Below, piece after piece: positions 1-13,373 of a DNA stretch of 64,000 nt. The notes beneath the pieces were generated by a model, which worked only from the letters and a program-made list of their open reading frames with translations, made no database searches and was not told the origin of the DNA. The position numbers and the translations under genes are program-made. The DNA is taken from contig OZ024741.1 of NCBI GenBank assembly GCA_964016885.1, forward strand, positions 208,878,001-208,942,000. The letters run 5' to 3'. Positions within the stretch are counted from its first letter, which is position 1. Each line of letters starts with the position of its first letter. This DNA comes from Eledone cirrhosa (lineage: Eukaryota).

Positions 1-359
1 ACTTAAGTTCTTTTATCGAGTGGTCTTGGATTTTCCTACCTATAGTTGCTCGCACATTGCTCGGTTTGTGGGGTTTTTCGCTGTTTTGTTACTGTTTCTC
101 TTTTCTTCCGCTTTGCTTTCCTTCACTCCTTCCTTCATTTTCCCAATAACTTATCCAGTTATTGACGCCCTGGGGTGAAGTGGTATCTTGTCTTTAAAGC
201 GTAGAAATAGCCTAGACCCCCAGTAGACAACTGATGATGAAAACTACCCCCTTCCCCGCTGTTCTTGCTTTCTTCGTATTGCCACTGCATTTTAAGTTAC
301 CTTAAATAGCAACTACACAGCCATTTCTATTCTCCACATATTTCATTATATATATAATA

Positions 360-390
<31 letters not shown>

Positions 391-394
<4 letters not shown>

Positions 395-592
395 TTATTA
401 AAATAACAGATTAAAGTTTAAGCAAAGAATTGCTGCTTTCAGAAGATCCCGTTAAGGGTGAAAGCAGCGATTCTTTGCTTAAACTTTAATCTGTTATTTT
501 AATAAATATTTGGTCTACGGTTCTTATATATTTGATATATATTTATCCTTATCGAGCCCTCTTTGGATTTTATTCTTCAAATTTATTATTAT

Positions 593-598
<6 letters not shown>
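391..598 (+). mobile_element. PLE pseudo-LTR fragment with fold-back 5' inversion; carries the CAGAAGA-core HHR-like motif
   Basis: 391-441 is the reverse complement of 459-510. The sequence matches copies at 43790-44390 and 55582-56330. It is flanked by (TA)n. Confidence 0.65.
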
Positions 599-633
<35 letters not shown>

Positions 634-780
634 TGTGTGTTTGTGTGTATGTATGTATGCATGTATGTAAGCATGCATGTATGTCTATATGAGAAAGAGG
701 AAAAGGAACATATACGAAAAAATACAACAAACATCATATATAGAGCTTATCACTCATTCAACTATAGATCCGTTGAAATG

Positions 781-1030
<250 letters not shown>

Positions 1031-1342
1031 GAGTGAGACAAACAGAGAAAGAGAAAGAGACAGAGACAGACAAACAGAGAACGAGAGAAATAGACATAGG
1101 TAGATAGTGGTAGCGAAGATGTGAATGAGATGAGAAGAGATGAAAACCAAACGTTGTCTGGAGGAGATGAGAAGCCATGTTCGTTGAAATCTCACGTAAT
1201 TGTCATAACAGAAATCATACAACTACGTCTGTGTAATGTTGGAGTGTATGGTGGGGGGAATGATGCCGTTAGCAGGAAGTTGTGTAGTGAGGGGTTAAGC
1301 TTGGGCGACTGTAGACATGGCGGTGGATGTAGGGTCAATGGG

Positions 1343-1510
1343 GAAGAAGAAGAAGAAGAAAAAGAAGAAGAAGAAGAAGAAGAAGAACAACAACAACAAC
1401 AACAACAACAACAAGAACAACAACAACAACAACAACACAACAACTACATTAACAACACAACAACAACAACAACTACATTAACAACAACAACAACAGCAAC
1501 AACAACAAGA
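1343..1510. repeat. (GAA)n/(CAA)n microsatellite
   Basis: Seen directly. Confidence 0.95.
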
Positions 1511-1607
1511 CTGCCACAATTCACCACAATAATAACTAAAGGTTGTGCAAAGGCTTATCGTGGGAAGAGAATGTGAGTATTAAGGAGTAATAAAGACTAT
1601 TATAACG

Positions 1608-1750
1608 GCTGTGTGGCAGAGTCATTAGAAGGTACGACAGAATGTCTTACGGTATTTTTTGTGGCTCTCTGAGCTCTGAATTCAAATATAACCGAGGTCA
1701 GCATTGCTTTTCATCATTTCAAAGTCGATAGTATAAAATCTTAGTACATT
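1608..1750 (+). mobile_element. Diverged tRNA-derived SINE
   Basis: A-box-like tggcagagtcattaga, B-box-like gaattcaaat, and the family central motif gcttttcatcatttcaaagtcgata. Confidence 0.55.
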
Positions 1751-2059
1751 GTGGTGGATTGCCGGAATGATTAGAGCAGTATTTATTCTGGCATTTGCGT
1801 TTTGGGTTCATATTGCACCTTTGCCCATTTGTGTGGGAAACTTGATCCATCGTCTGGTTTAACCTTACCGCCTGGTTCTTTGGGGCGTTTAGTGGAGTCC
1901 CCTCTATTGCAAGCATTCTAACCAAGTTTCCTGTTTGAGGATACAGTCTTTCCACGATCCGACCAGTCTCGGAAGCCGTTGCACTGACTTGTCTTCTCCG
2001 AATAAATAGCATGAAAAAAATGTATCAAGTGTAATATTTCAACTCAAAAGTGTCGTATA

Positions 2060-2265
2060 TTGGCAGAATTGATAGAGTGTTGGATAAAATGCCATTGCTG
2101 TGTTTGTTCTGGCTGTTTACATTCTGAGTTTAAATCCTGTCAAGTTCAATTTTGCTTTTCATCCTACCAGGGTTGATAAAATAAGTACCAATCAAATACT
2201 GGGTTTGATGTAATCAACTTTACCTTTACCATAAAATTGCTAGCCTTGTGCCTAAATTAGAAATC
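2060..2265 (+). mobile_element. Diverged tRNA-derived SINE
   Basis: tggcagaattgatag ... ctgagtttaaatcc ... gcttttcatcct...gataaaataagtacca ... gccttgtgcctaaattagaaa matches the younger copies. Confidence 0.7.
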
Positions 2266-3474
2266 AACTAAATAGTTAATGAAAATATTCGCTCGGAGAC
2301 ATTTTAAGTTAAGGAGCAACAATGTGTGCTATCTGATAACTGAAAGCAAGAATTCGTATACGAATGAAAATAGCCACTCGATCGTCTAGACATAGCAGCT
2401 AAATTTTCCACAATTTCTCGTTTCTAATCGTAATTTTCATTTACCGCTGAGTGCGAAACGTCATGAACAAATTTCAATTGGTATTGGGGTTACTTTCTTA
2501 AGTAAATAACTTCACACGAGAGGTCTCTATTTTCGGTAAGAGTAGATGGAATTTGAATTGAAAGCACAGAGTTGGAACAGATACCGTAAAGCGAACCGTC
2601 CTCCTACCCCAAAATAAAATGCAAAGTTTTTTTTGGCAGGATTTCAACTCAGAACGTAGTAACAAATACCCGGGTATTTAATCCTTCGCTGAACGACTTT
2701 ACCAATATATTGCCTACAATACTGTCTTATACAAAGGAAGGATATTTTGAGATGATGTAATTTATAGACACATTATGACCTAATAGATGGATGGTCAACA
2801 CTGGAGCACTTTTCATGATAATTCTGCATGATCAGGCCTGACCTAAAGCTACACAACAACAACATATGAAATGAAATGTTTATTTTGTAGTTCATCTCCA
2901 GATCAAACCTGACATTCCAGCCGAAACTATTTCGTCTATTTTATTTTTATTTTATTTTATTTTATTTCAGACACTGTGTATCTAGAACAAAATTATCCAA
3001 GTGATTTGAGGAAGAATGGCTGCTACTTCTAGCAAATTGCACGGTTACGAGAGCTCAATATTATACATGCGTGGATGTGGAGACTAGAAATATTGAGTTC
3101 GGGACAGAGCAGGAGGTAGTGGGAGAGTAAGAGTAAAAAGCAGGAAAGAGTGAAAGAAAGATGGAGATAGACAGTAAGAAAGAGGGGCGGATAGAGAAGG
3201 TGTGAGAGAGAGGGGGAAGGAAAGGGGGAGAAGGTATGAGGGAGAGTCTGAGGAGAGCAAAAAAGTTGAGGTGGAGGATCCAAATGAGAAGGCGAGGAAA
3301 GGATTGTGAAAGTTACCAGCGGGTAGCCCAAGGGATATTATATAAGTAAAAGATAGGAGAGTGAGTCAGCAGTCGGTCTGTGGTGGCTCAACACATGAGG
3401 TTACATTGATTATATCTGATTTGAAGTGCATAACAGTCACATCAGACCATATGACTCTTTTTACCAGTATACCA

Positions 3475-3519
<45 letters not shown>

Positions 3520-3561
3520 GATAAATTTAAATTATTTCTGATTAAATCTAATTAAATCTAA

Positions 3562-3691
3562 TTATTTCTGAAGACAGCATATATATGTGTAGGTATGTAT
3601 ATTCCCTCTGATAGTTTGTAACATTTTTACATAGATCTATATGATATACATACCAACACACATATATATCCTAGAAACGATCGTAAAATGA
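3562..3691 (+). ncRNA. Type I hammerhead ribozyme motif with long stem II
   Basis: ttattt CTGAAGA [~99-nt hairpin; atatatatgtgt/acacatatatat and ggtatgtatat/atatacatacc] GAAA cgatcg TA aaatga. Stem I is ttattt/aaatga and stem III is palindromic. Confidence 0.75.
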
Positions 3692-3778
3692 TGAATTTTT
3701 TAATATAAGGAACTGTTTCTTTGTTTTTATTCATTGTTTTTATTAATGTATATATATATATATATAGGTACAAGTATG

Positions 3779-3873
3779 ACCCCGACGGCAGAGCTCAAGC
3801 CGTTTCGACGGCTAATTCTGGACTAAATAAGAATTTTTAGCCTGGTAAATAAATAGCCGAACTTCTCAGGGGT
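3779..3873 (-). ncRNA. Type I HHR motif in the inverted pLTR copy; core reads CTGAGAA
   Basis: Reverse complement of the 5941-6036 motif. Confidence 0.6.
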
Positions 3874-4499
3874 AATTCCATATATGGTAAAATAGTGATT
3901 GTCACAAGGATTGGTCAAAAGTTTGTTGTTAAGACACATGATTCTATCATGGCATTTTGTGAAAGGTAGGTGTAGCTGAACTTGCCGGTAGAAGAAAGAG
4001 GGAGAGGGAGTGGAGGAAACCCAGTCGAGCGTTCAAAGTGAAATCTATACAGCAGATTCTAAGGATAGTGTATAGAAGGTCGAAAAAAGTGTACTAGAGA
4101 AGGGGGAGTGAAAAAATAGGTAAATCGAAAGGGAGTAAACAAAAAAGCCATTATAAAAATGAGGAAATGTATAAAAAATATAAAAAAACAATATCTGGTT
4201 ACTACTCCCTTTCCACAATCACCAAATCTCTCACTGGTATTGCTAAGCTATAGAAAAGTTTAATAGGTGGAGAGGAATACTAAATACGAGATTGTAGTGA
4301 AATAATTTTATAAAGCCATCATTACAGGGGGTCTAACACCACTACTATAGTTAGTAGTAATCAGACAATGCTATCTTACAATGACAGGTTAATAAGTTGA
4401 GGTCAAACATACTAAAAAACTAATACGAAATATTAATTCAGACTCCCAAAACATAAATACTAATACAATATATATAAATACTAATAGAATACATAAATT

Positions 4500-4877
4500 G
4501 GAGTGTGTCCGTCATCACGTTTCAATGTGAGGACGGACATCTCCAACAAAGCTTATATAGGATTAACCGCTTGTGACTTCAAGACCCGGCTCTACCTACA
4601 CAGACATACTTTCCGAAACCTGGCCCGGCGTACGCCACTACACTTTCGGGCCACATCTGGGACATCAATGATAATAATATAACTTACAATCTCACTGGGA
4701 GCTTTCTGTCCAGAGCCAACTCTTAAACGGGAGGACGCCGTCCGTGTAACTTATGCTCGGAGGAAACATTACAAATGCTGTTTTCGAAGGACCAACTCCT
4801 AAACAAGAAAGACGAACTGGTAACTGCATGCAAACACAGATTGCGTAGGACTTACCTCGCCCTCAAACCCCATAATG
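4500..4877 (+). pseudogene. PLE GIY-YIG endonuclease C-terminal fragment (frameshifts and stop)
   Basis: Translates to KAYIGLTACDFKTRLYLHRHTF...TLSGHIW...PCNLCSEE...LLNKKDELVTACKH, co-linear with the GIY-YIG ORFs at 13374 and 53379. Confidence 0.8.
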
Positions 4878-5940
4878 ACCCGGGGGGGGGGGGGTTAGAC
4901 AAGGGCTGAAACACCCCACTTGCCGACGTACAAAGGTAGACGTAACGTTTTTATATTTTTTATATTTTCCTCTATATTTCCGTCTTCCCACCATCTCTTC
5001 CTAGTCTTTCCATCCCAGATCTCCTTCCTTGTCGTTCTTTTTTTACACCTTCTCGCCCACCCCGATGCAGCCCATCGGTACTCTGTAGCCTCAGTACTCC
5101 CCCCCCCCTTAATTTTAAGATAGAATTGGCCGATTACGCTTTTTATAACAGATGCTTTAGACCCCAGATACTTGCTTTCTTTCTGGTTGCTGCCCCATTT
5201 CCGTGATTTCTAAATTTCTTAGTGGTATTTCTGCATTAGTTTCTTGTATATTAGTATTTATGTTTTGGGATTCTGAATTAATATTTCGTATTAGTTTTTT
5301 ATATATATTGTATTAGTATTTATGTATTGTATTAGTATTTATATATATTGTATTAGTATTTATGTTTTGGGAGTCTGAATTAATATTTCGTATTAGTTTT
5401 TTAGTATGTTTGACCTCAACTTATTAACCTGTCATTGTAAGATAGCATTGGCTGATTACTTTTAACTATAGTAGTGGTGTTAGACCCCCTGTAATGATGG
5501 CTTTATAAAATTCTTAAACTACAATCTCGTATTTAGTATTCCACTCCACCTATTAAACTTTTCTATAGCTTAGTAATACCAGTGACAGATTTGGTGATTG
5601 TGGAAAGGGAGTAGTAACCAGAAATTGTTTTTTATATTTTTTATACATTTCCTCATTTTTATAATGGCTTTTTTGTTTACTCCCTTTCGTTTTACCTATT
5701 TTTTCAACCCCCTTCTCTAGTACACTTTTTTCGACCTTCTATACACTATCCTTAGAATCTGCTGTATAGATTTCACTTTGAACGCTCGACTGGGTTTCCT
5801 CCACTCCCTCTCCCTCTTTCTTCTACCGGCAAGTTCAGCTACACCTACCTTTCACAAAATGCTATGATAGAATCATGTGTCTTAACAACAAACTTTTGAC
5901 CAATCCTTGTGACCATCACTATTTTACCATATATGGAATT

Positions 5941-6036
5941 ACCCCCTGAGAAGTTCGGCTATTTATTTAACAAGCTAAAAATTCTTATTTAGTCCAGAAT
6001 TAGCCGTCGAAACGGCTTGAGCTCTGCCGTCGGGGT
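5941..6036 (+). ncRNA. Type I HHR motif with long stem II insert; C3-A8 mismatch suggests decay
   Basis: acccc CTGAGAA gttcggct...agccgtc GAAA cggc ttgagctct gccg TC ggggt. Confidence 0.65.
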
Positions 6037-6127
6037 CATACTTGTTCCTATTACCCACTCTACTACCCTAAGTATCGAGTACTTTGGTGCGTTATGGTCC
6101 ATCTGGTTCCTGACCACATTTCCTTCG

Positions 6128-6193
<66 letters not shown>

Positions 6194-6283
6194 AAAGAGT
6201 CGTTTCAACAGCTTGTGTCAGACGGGTCTGGAACTAGCTGTTGAAACGGCAACAGCTCAGCCATCGGGCCCCGACTCTTTCTA

Positions 6284-6893
6284 CATGCTGGCTGCCAACT
6301 CGTTTTCGAGTACGGCCACTACTTTATATCCATGTAGGAGAACCCCTACTGATGCGTTGAACGAGTGTGACTTTTTAGTCCAGCCAGCGACTTGAAAACT
6401 CTGGTACAAACACTACACTTGTGACAATTATTGACACATAGTGCTGGGCCCATGGTACCATGTGATGACAAGTGCAGAGAGATCTCCAGATATAAAGCAA
6501 TGCCTGTGCCGTGAAGCTTTTATAGTGAGCAAGGCACTGCACAAAGCCAGTCCCACTCTCTTAACCAAGATGATATTTACCAAAAAGAAGAACAAGTCAA
6601 CATCATTGGATACCATCAGGGTTGCAGGTGTTATATCAGAGTTTTCCTTCTCCTAGAATTCTGCCTTGACAAAGGCTAAGAGGTCATCTCTCCCGGTGAT
6701 TTTGGATGGCCATTGACTCTTAAGAGCTCCTTTGCCCTTTGACAGGTTTTGTTTTTAGTCCTGCAGGATGTCCAAAGTCACCCTCCTCACCAAGAAACCT
6801 TGGTGGGGTTGCCAATTTAGTCGCCAACGACCCGACCATGAGACAGGTTGTACTGGGATACATGTTACCAGTAGCACCAACTGGTGACCTGAC
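6284..6893 (-). mobile_element. ~610-bp non-autonomous RTE-clade derivative
   Basis: The minus strand ends with a C2H2 remnant, CSVCTRVFKSLAGLKSHTRS, typical of RTE ORF C-termini. The copy abuts a (CATA)n tract and has several near-identical copies in the window. Confidence 0.75.
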
Positions 6894-7151
6894 ATACATA
6901 CATACATACATACATACATACATACATACATACATACATACATACATACATACATACATACATACATACAAATGTGTGTGGGGGCGGTGAGTGTGTGTGA
7001 TAGTTAATTGGTTTTACACCATTACATGATTCTCTCTCTCACAAACACACACACACATACACAAATAGTCTTTCCCTTTCTGACACACGCTTTCTCTCTA
7101 TATATCATACACGCGCACACACACACATACACATACACTTTTAAAATACTT

Positions 7152-7221
<70 letters not shown>

Positions 7222-7339
7222 GCTCTCTCTCTCTCTCTTTCTCTCTTTCTGACACTCCACTTTATATCTATTCTTCTCTCTCTTTCTTCCTCTTAATTGT
7301 CATTGCTATTCTTGTTGTTATTCTTAGAGTTTCGCCCCG

Positions 7340-7640
7340 TTACGTTCTGAGTTCAAATCCCGCCGATGTAAAATTTACCTTTCATCCTTACGGGGTCGAT
7401 AAATAAAGCACCACTAACACAGTGGGGTAATTGCTGGTCTTAGTAGAAAGAATTATTGAATTGGCAGTATCGGTAGAGGGTCGGATTATGCTTTCCAGCA
7501 TAGTTACGTCCCTTTACGATCTGAGTTCAATTCCCGCCGAGGTTAACTTTGCCTTTCATCCTTACGGGGTCGATAAAATAAAGTACCAGTAATGTACTGG
7601 GATAATTGCTGGTCTTGTGCCAAAAAGTAGAAACAATTAT
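7340..7640 (+). mobile_element. Two tandem tRNA-derived SINE copies (first is 5'-truncated)
   Basis: B-box gagttcaaatccc, central gcctttcatccttacggggtcgataaa, and (ATT)n tail. Confidence 0.85.
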
Positions 7641-7809
7641 TATTCTTGTTGTTCCAGGCGTGACACTGCCTTCTATATTCAGACATTCAGACATAGTGAA
7701 CCTACTCCCACATCATCTAAGTCGATATTTTTTGTAGAGGGTAAGTTGTAATTTGAGGAATATTTTGGCTTCTATTTCTAGCAGGTCCAACAAAAATATA
7801 AAGAATTTG

Positions 7810-8770
7810 TTTTGTGGTTGTTTGTGTAATTTGTAATTGTTGTTATCGTTCGTTGTCGTTGTTGTTTTTGTTGCTGTTGTTGCTGCTGTTATTGTTGTCA
7901 GACGTGTCAATTCTCCCCATCGGACGGAGACATGTCTCACCCACCCCAAAGTGGGTGAAATATGTATTCTCTTGTGGAAACGGGTATAGCTTTCGTTATG
8001 TAAAATCTCCCCATTTTGCCTCATTTCTCGCTGATTTTCATGGGACTCGCTTTTTTTCATGGAACTCCACGTTTGGGTTTTTAGAGGTTGGCACGTCTGT
8101 GTTGTTGATGATGATGTTATTGCTACTGATGTTGTTGCTATTGCTATTGCTGCTGTCATTGTTGTTGTTGTTGTATTTGATCTCATGTCCAAGAGACATG
8201 ACAAAAGATATTCTATCCATGACTATCCCCCATGTTTGTTTTCTTTAGTTGAAGTGTTACAGAAGCTTGCTATTACTGCTGTTGTTGTTGTTGTTGTTAT
8301 TGCTGCTGCCGTCGTCAATGCTGTTGCTGTTGTTGTTGTTGCTGTTGTTGTTAGTGTTGTTGTTGTTGGTGTTTTCGTTGTTATTGTTGATGTTCTGATT
8401 GTTTTGCTTCTATCGTTGTTGTCCTTCTTCTGATTGTTGTTGTTGTTGCTGTCGTTGTAGATGTTGTTGTTGCTGCTGTTATTGTTTTGATATTGTCGTT
8501 GTTATTGTTGATGTTCTGGTTGTTGAGGCTGTTATTGTTGTTGTTGTGGTTGTTGGTGTTGTTGTTGTAGCTGTTATTGTTGTTGTTACTGCTGCTGATT
8601 CTATTGTTGATGTTGGTGCTATTGCTCTTTTTATAGATGCTCTTGCTGTTATTGTCATAGAAAGTGCCGATTGTTGTTGTTGTTGTTGTTGCTGCTGCTG
8701 ATGATGATTATGATGGTGATGATGATGATGATGATACTGCTGATGCTGATACTGCTGATGCTGGTAATGT
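7810..8770. repeat. Degenerate (GTT/GCT/GAT)n tract with unique islands
   Basis: Seen directly. Confidence 0.85.
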
Positions 8771-8992
8771 AACATGTTATCTCCCTGGTGCTCCTCGCGA
8801 TCAGCTCCCTCTCCATTAACCCGCCATTCTCCTCTTGTCTATAACTCCAAACACACGGACCACCACCACGAAGCAACCCGACCACCTATCTCTCTCTCCC
8901 TCTCTCACTCTCACTCTCTCTCTCTGTATTTATATATATATATACATACATACATTTTATATATATTTATATATATATATATATACATATGT

Positions 8993-9034
<42 letters not shown>

Positions 9035-9368
9035 CGTCGCTAATGACGTTATGTGATCCCTATTCAATACTCCCAGCACGACATTAAGTGTGACTACATC
9101 CGTCACAGCGAGCCTTTAGGGCTTAGAACGTCCCAGTAAGCTACATTACTGTAAAACATCACTTCACATTAAACACCATCACACTCTCTCTCACGTTTCA
9201 ATCCTGCTTTCTATCTTTCTATGTCTCTCTACTTATACACACATATCGGGACATATGTGTGAATATGTAGAGACAGACCGACAGACACACACACACCCAC
9301 ATATACATATGTATATATATATAATACATGATAATGATGATGCTGATACAAATATATATACACAAACA

Positions 9369-9453
<85 letters not shown>

Positions 9454-9499
9454 AAGTAAAATAAATAAGTCAAATGTTTAAAATTTAGCTTCGTTTATT

Positions 9500-9554
9500 A
9501 CTGCTATATATATTTCGGTGACAGCCATCTTTGGCTGTGACCTCTTCAGGCAGT
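9500..9554 (-). ncRNA. Type I hammerhead ribozyme with canonical core
   Basis: actgc CTGAAGA ggtcacagcca aaga tggctgtcacc GAAA tatata TA gcagt. Stem I is perfect and stem III is short and palindromic. Confidence 0.88.
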
Positions 9555-10789
9555 CCGAATTAGTGTGGTATAGACAAGTACATATGTTGTTGAGGTGCAT
9601 AATTTTGTCAATACTCTGATATGCCCAGTTCCTGGTTGGGTTGTTATTTCTCAGAGGAACTGGAATCATATGAATTCAAACAAACGAATTTCAGTATCAA
9701 AGGGCCTCTTCTCCTGTCATTGGTCAGTTGTTAGAACATTCCTCATTCAAAATTCTATAGAAATTCGTTCTGAGTTAAGCCAATCTGTAGTTGTTGTTCT
9801 TGTTATTGTTAGGTACATCTGACCTTAATTCTTGCGTTGGTAGTGTTGTTATTGTTGGAGTTAGCTTAAAAAATTGATAAAGTGGTAGAAGGAACAAGGT
9901 GGTAAAGGAACAAAATAACAAAAAAATGTTAAACTTCCCATTGGTCAGTTTTGAGAGCATTCCTCAGTCAGAAGTCTATAGAGATTCTTTCTGGGGTGAG
10001 GCTCCCTGTAGTGTTTGTGTTTGCTATTGTTAAGTACATTTTACCTCCACCATTTCGGTAGTGTTGTTGGTGTTGTGGTCAGCTTATGTCTTGCTACTGC
10101 TGACAATTTAGAAGTATCTGTGTGTGTTTTTTCATCTCCCGTGGTGGTGGTGGGGGGGGGGGGGACTTCCATGTATATGAAGAAATATAAGGCAATAAAT
10201 GAAGAAAACAGAACATAAATAATGAATAGAGAATAAAGAATACATGAAAAATTGGTGAAAAAGTAATGAAAATGAATATGGAGAAGTGAAAAATAAAATG
10301 AAGATTCAAATAAAGTAGGATAAAGTGTGTGTGTGCTATAACCAATCTCAAGGTCAGAAATATGTTGGATAGATTGGTATGAGGATCAAGATGTTAAAAT
10401 AATAAAAGAATAAGATAATCAAACAAAATGTGTTTGTATTATAATCAATCTCAACTTAAAGATAAATATAAGGTGATACAGTGAAGAGAACAGAAAACAA
10501 ATAACAAATTAATAAAGAGAAATCAAGATTTAAAATTGAAAATTGAAAATCAGAAATCAAGTAAATTAAAATGTGTTTGTGTTATATAGATGTTGGCCAC
10601 ATTATAATGGCTGTCCGATTCAATCTCTAGGCTATCATGGTGTCTGCTCAGACTGGATTATTCCCTATGGCTTGTGGGCAGTTCTCAACCTAGGGTGTTG
10701 TTACTGCCCATATAGCTTGAGGGAGGTCTGGCCGAGAGGTGTCTACATGTTCTGGATAAGTCCCTATAGCTTGAGGGGAGTTCACATCT

Positions 10790-13240
10790 TCTTGTGTTGC
10801 TACTGTCCATATATCTTGAGGAAGGTCCCGGCTCTAAGGTGTCTGCATGTCTCGAAGAAGTCGGTTCTGAGGTTTATCAGACCGCTTCCACCTCTTAGTA
10901 TCTCGAGGGTCTCGTTCAGGCATAGTTTGCATATTCAAAATCCCCCTTTATCGGGTGGTACTTTCCTGATTATGTACCAGGCCAGAGAGTACGGGGTCCT
11001 GTCCAGATCAGGTCGGAGAAAGCCGTGCTTTTCCTTTTGGCCTCCTTATTGAATGAATGGCGATGGTTGTACCAGCAGTCTTTAAAGCTCGTTGATGTGG
11101 CTCCTATGTAGAGGTGTTCGGAGTTGGGGGTTTTAACCCTACAACCATATACTAAGTTCTTCTTAAGGCATTCATTACCAATGGGGCATGATTCGGGGTT
11201 TCTGCAGTTGCAGAGGGTGGTCGACCTCTGCGTGCCTAGATTGGGGTTCCCGTTACGTGTTACATGGTGGTCTTCCCCCAGGCACGGTGGGCGGTCTCTG
11301 GGTCTGTTTGGGTTTTTTGGGTGGGCTCTGGGTCCCCCCTTCCCTCCTTTCACATGGTTCTACTGAGTGCTTGTATTGCCATCTTCTGGTTGTGTGGTTT
11401 TTAAGCCTACTCCTTTTGATGCTAGCTATGTGTTTGGCCAGATTTCTCGTGGTGGAATACGAGAGCTTCACAGTGTGTCTGTTGAAGATCCTGTCGTATC
11501 TATGGTCCCTCTGGAAGCATTTATCAAGTGCTCCAAAGAATGATCGGGCCAAGCTGTTCTTTAGGGCCGCTGAGTAGGGTGGGTTGTACCACGTGAATTT
11601 TCTGTGTCTCCTCCTATATGAGTGGGTCGGGGGCGTCGTGATTTGTTGGGTTGCTGGTGGTTCCAGCACTGTTTCTTCCCCTTCGGGCGCTATGCTTTTT
11701 GTTATCTTCACGGCCCGAATCTGTGGGGTGGTCGTTGCCCGCGCTGGGAGATCTATCGTGGTGTGGTCCCCCCCCCCCACGTGTCCTGCGGTTGGGGTCG
11801 TCGGTCCTGGGGTGGTTAGCGTCACCCCTGAGATTGTGTTTCATCTCATGATTAAGCCTACTCGTCACCAACGCCCGTGTGGTGGTGTCGGCCACATGGT
11901 GCTTATTTTTTTCTACTCTGCCTGTATTGTTAGGGTTCGCCCCCCCCCCCTCCGAGCAACGCAGGTGTGGGTGTCCGTTGGGCCATCCCCATCCCGGCGT
12001 TTCGGACTATATGTTATATTTTGGCCATGTGCCGCCTTATTTAGAGCTGCGTTGTAATATTCCGCGTAGTTATCGAATATTTCCTTACTTGCGGACAGGC
12101 TGGAGATCCTGTCCGAGACACTCTTCACCACTGCCTTGGTTATGGATCTAGGGTGGTTTGATTTGACGTTAACATATACGAGTTTCTCGTTGGTCTTGTG
12201 GTAGGGGTAGTATTGTTCGGTGTTCAGGTTTAGGGTCGTGTCTAGGAAGTTAACTACCTTCCTATTTGGGTCTAGTTCTATACTGAGCCCCTGGTTCTTA
12301 AAGAAATGGCGAATACGTCTCCTCATTCCCTCCAACATATTGGTGCTGTGGTCATATACTGTGAATAGAGCATCGTTACGATATAATCCGCCGCCCTGGC
12401 AGGGGATTTCATCTTTTATCTGCTTCAGCAGGTAGAGCCCAACCAGGTCCGTTACCTGCGCTGAGTCGCTGAAGCCCATCGTGATGTCAAAGTTATTTGG
12501 CCAATCACTCCTGGACCAAAGGTCTCCATCGGCGTGGATAATGCTCACCTCCTCTCGGGTTAGGTCCGTTTTGGACATCGCTAAAAATAGGGCCTTATTG
12601 TGTACTATGGGTGAGATTGAGGAGTAGTAGCTTGCGATGTCCAGTTGTATAAAGCTGGTCTTACTTTTCTCATGTAGTATCTTAAACCATTCTATTACTT
12701 CTCCCGTGCATCACCGTTGCTGTAATTTAGTTTTCTTCCGAAGCTTGGGCAAAATCCTATCTACTATTCTTTTACTGATGATCCCTAGGTCAGATCTGGA
12801 GGGGGCTATTAGTCTGACAAGGAGGTCGGACTCAAAGTTTGGCTTGTGATATTTAAGGGTAATCCGCGGCTCCCTTGGTTGGTATGATGCCGTTCTGTCC
12901 TCTATGCCGAGTCTAGATATAATCCTGTAAGCTGTGGCATTGATCTCATCCAGGATAAATCCAGGTGATTTTTTGTAGCACTTCCTCAGTTCCCTGAGAA
13001 TTAGCTTATTGTACAGTTCAGTGTTCATGTTTAGAGGTTGTTGGTTTTGTCAGCATGGAAAGTATTCCAGTTGTCTCTTTAAGTACTGTAATCCGGTTTC
13101 TCAGGTGCCTGAGGTACTCCTGACTTCTGGTTGGGTTTCCGGAGAATTTTAGGTTGGATATGATCATCTCGTTTTCCAACTCCTCCATTAGTCTGTTGTG
13201 GGGGGGGGGGATTCCTCCTTGATCGAAAAAGGTACTCCAT
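10790..13240 (-). pseudogene. PLE RT-endonuclease polyprotein, frameshifted
   Basis: ORF pieces 12711-13028, 11913-12578, 11253-11825 and 10970-11353 are co-linear parts of one PLE ORF. The catalytic YRDD reads YRND. Confidence 0.88.
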
Positions 13241-13373
13241 GTCACTATGGATAAACTGGCAAACTTAGCGTCACTGAAGAACATCCACCTACCTGTCCGG
13301 GGGACGGGGACCACACCACGATAGATCTCCCAGCACGGGCAACGACCACCCCACAGATTCGGGCCGTGAAGAT

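Larger units (their letters stand above)
3766..6130 (+). mobile_element. 5'-truncated Penelope-like element with inverted pLTR copy
   Basis: 3766-4500 is the reverse complement of ~5320-6050. The central part encodes a decayed GIY-YIG domain. (TA)n lies at both ends. Confidence 0.85.
9447..13299 (-). mobile_element. Penelope-like element (RT + GIY-YIG + 3' region with HHR), decayed
   Basis: RT motifs ADKTNNL, DIASYYSSI, MGFSDSAQVTDLVGLYLL, GLYRNDALF and FLDTTLNL. Endonuclease region WYNPPYS...CNCRNPESCP...LVY...YIGAT. The 3' end abuts (TA)n. Confidence 0.92.

Noticed and set aside
231-250. CTGATGA as a hammerhead core
   Set aside because: No stem II, no correctly placed GAAA/stem III, and no stem I partner found.
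1719-2012. 97-aa ORF in a GC-richer island
   Set aside because: No recognisable motif, and it runs into a SINE remnant.
8479-8775. polyQ/H ORF as the start of a transcription factor
   Set aside because: Short, closed by a stop, mostly microsatellite, and no domain.
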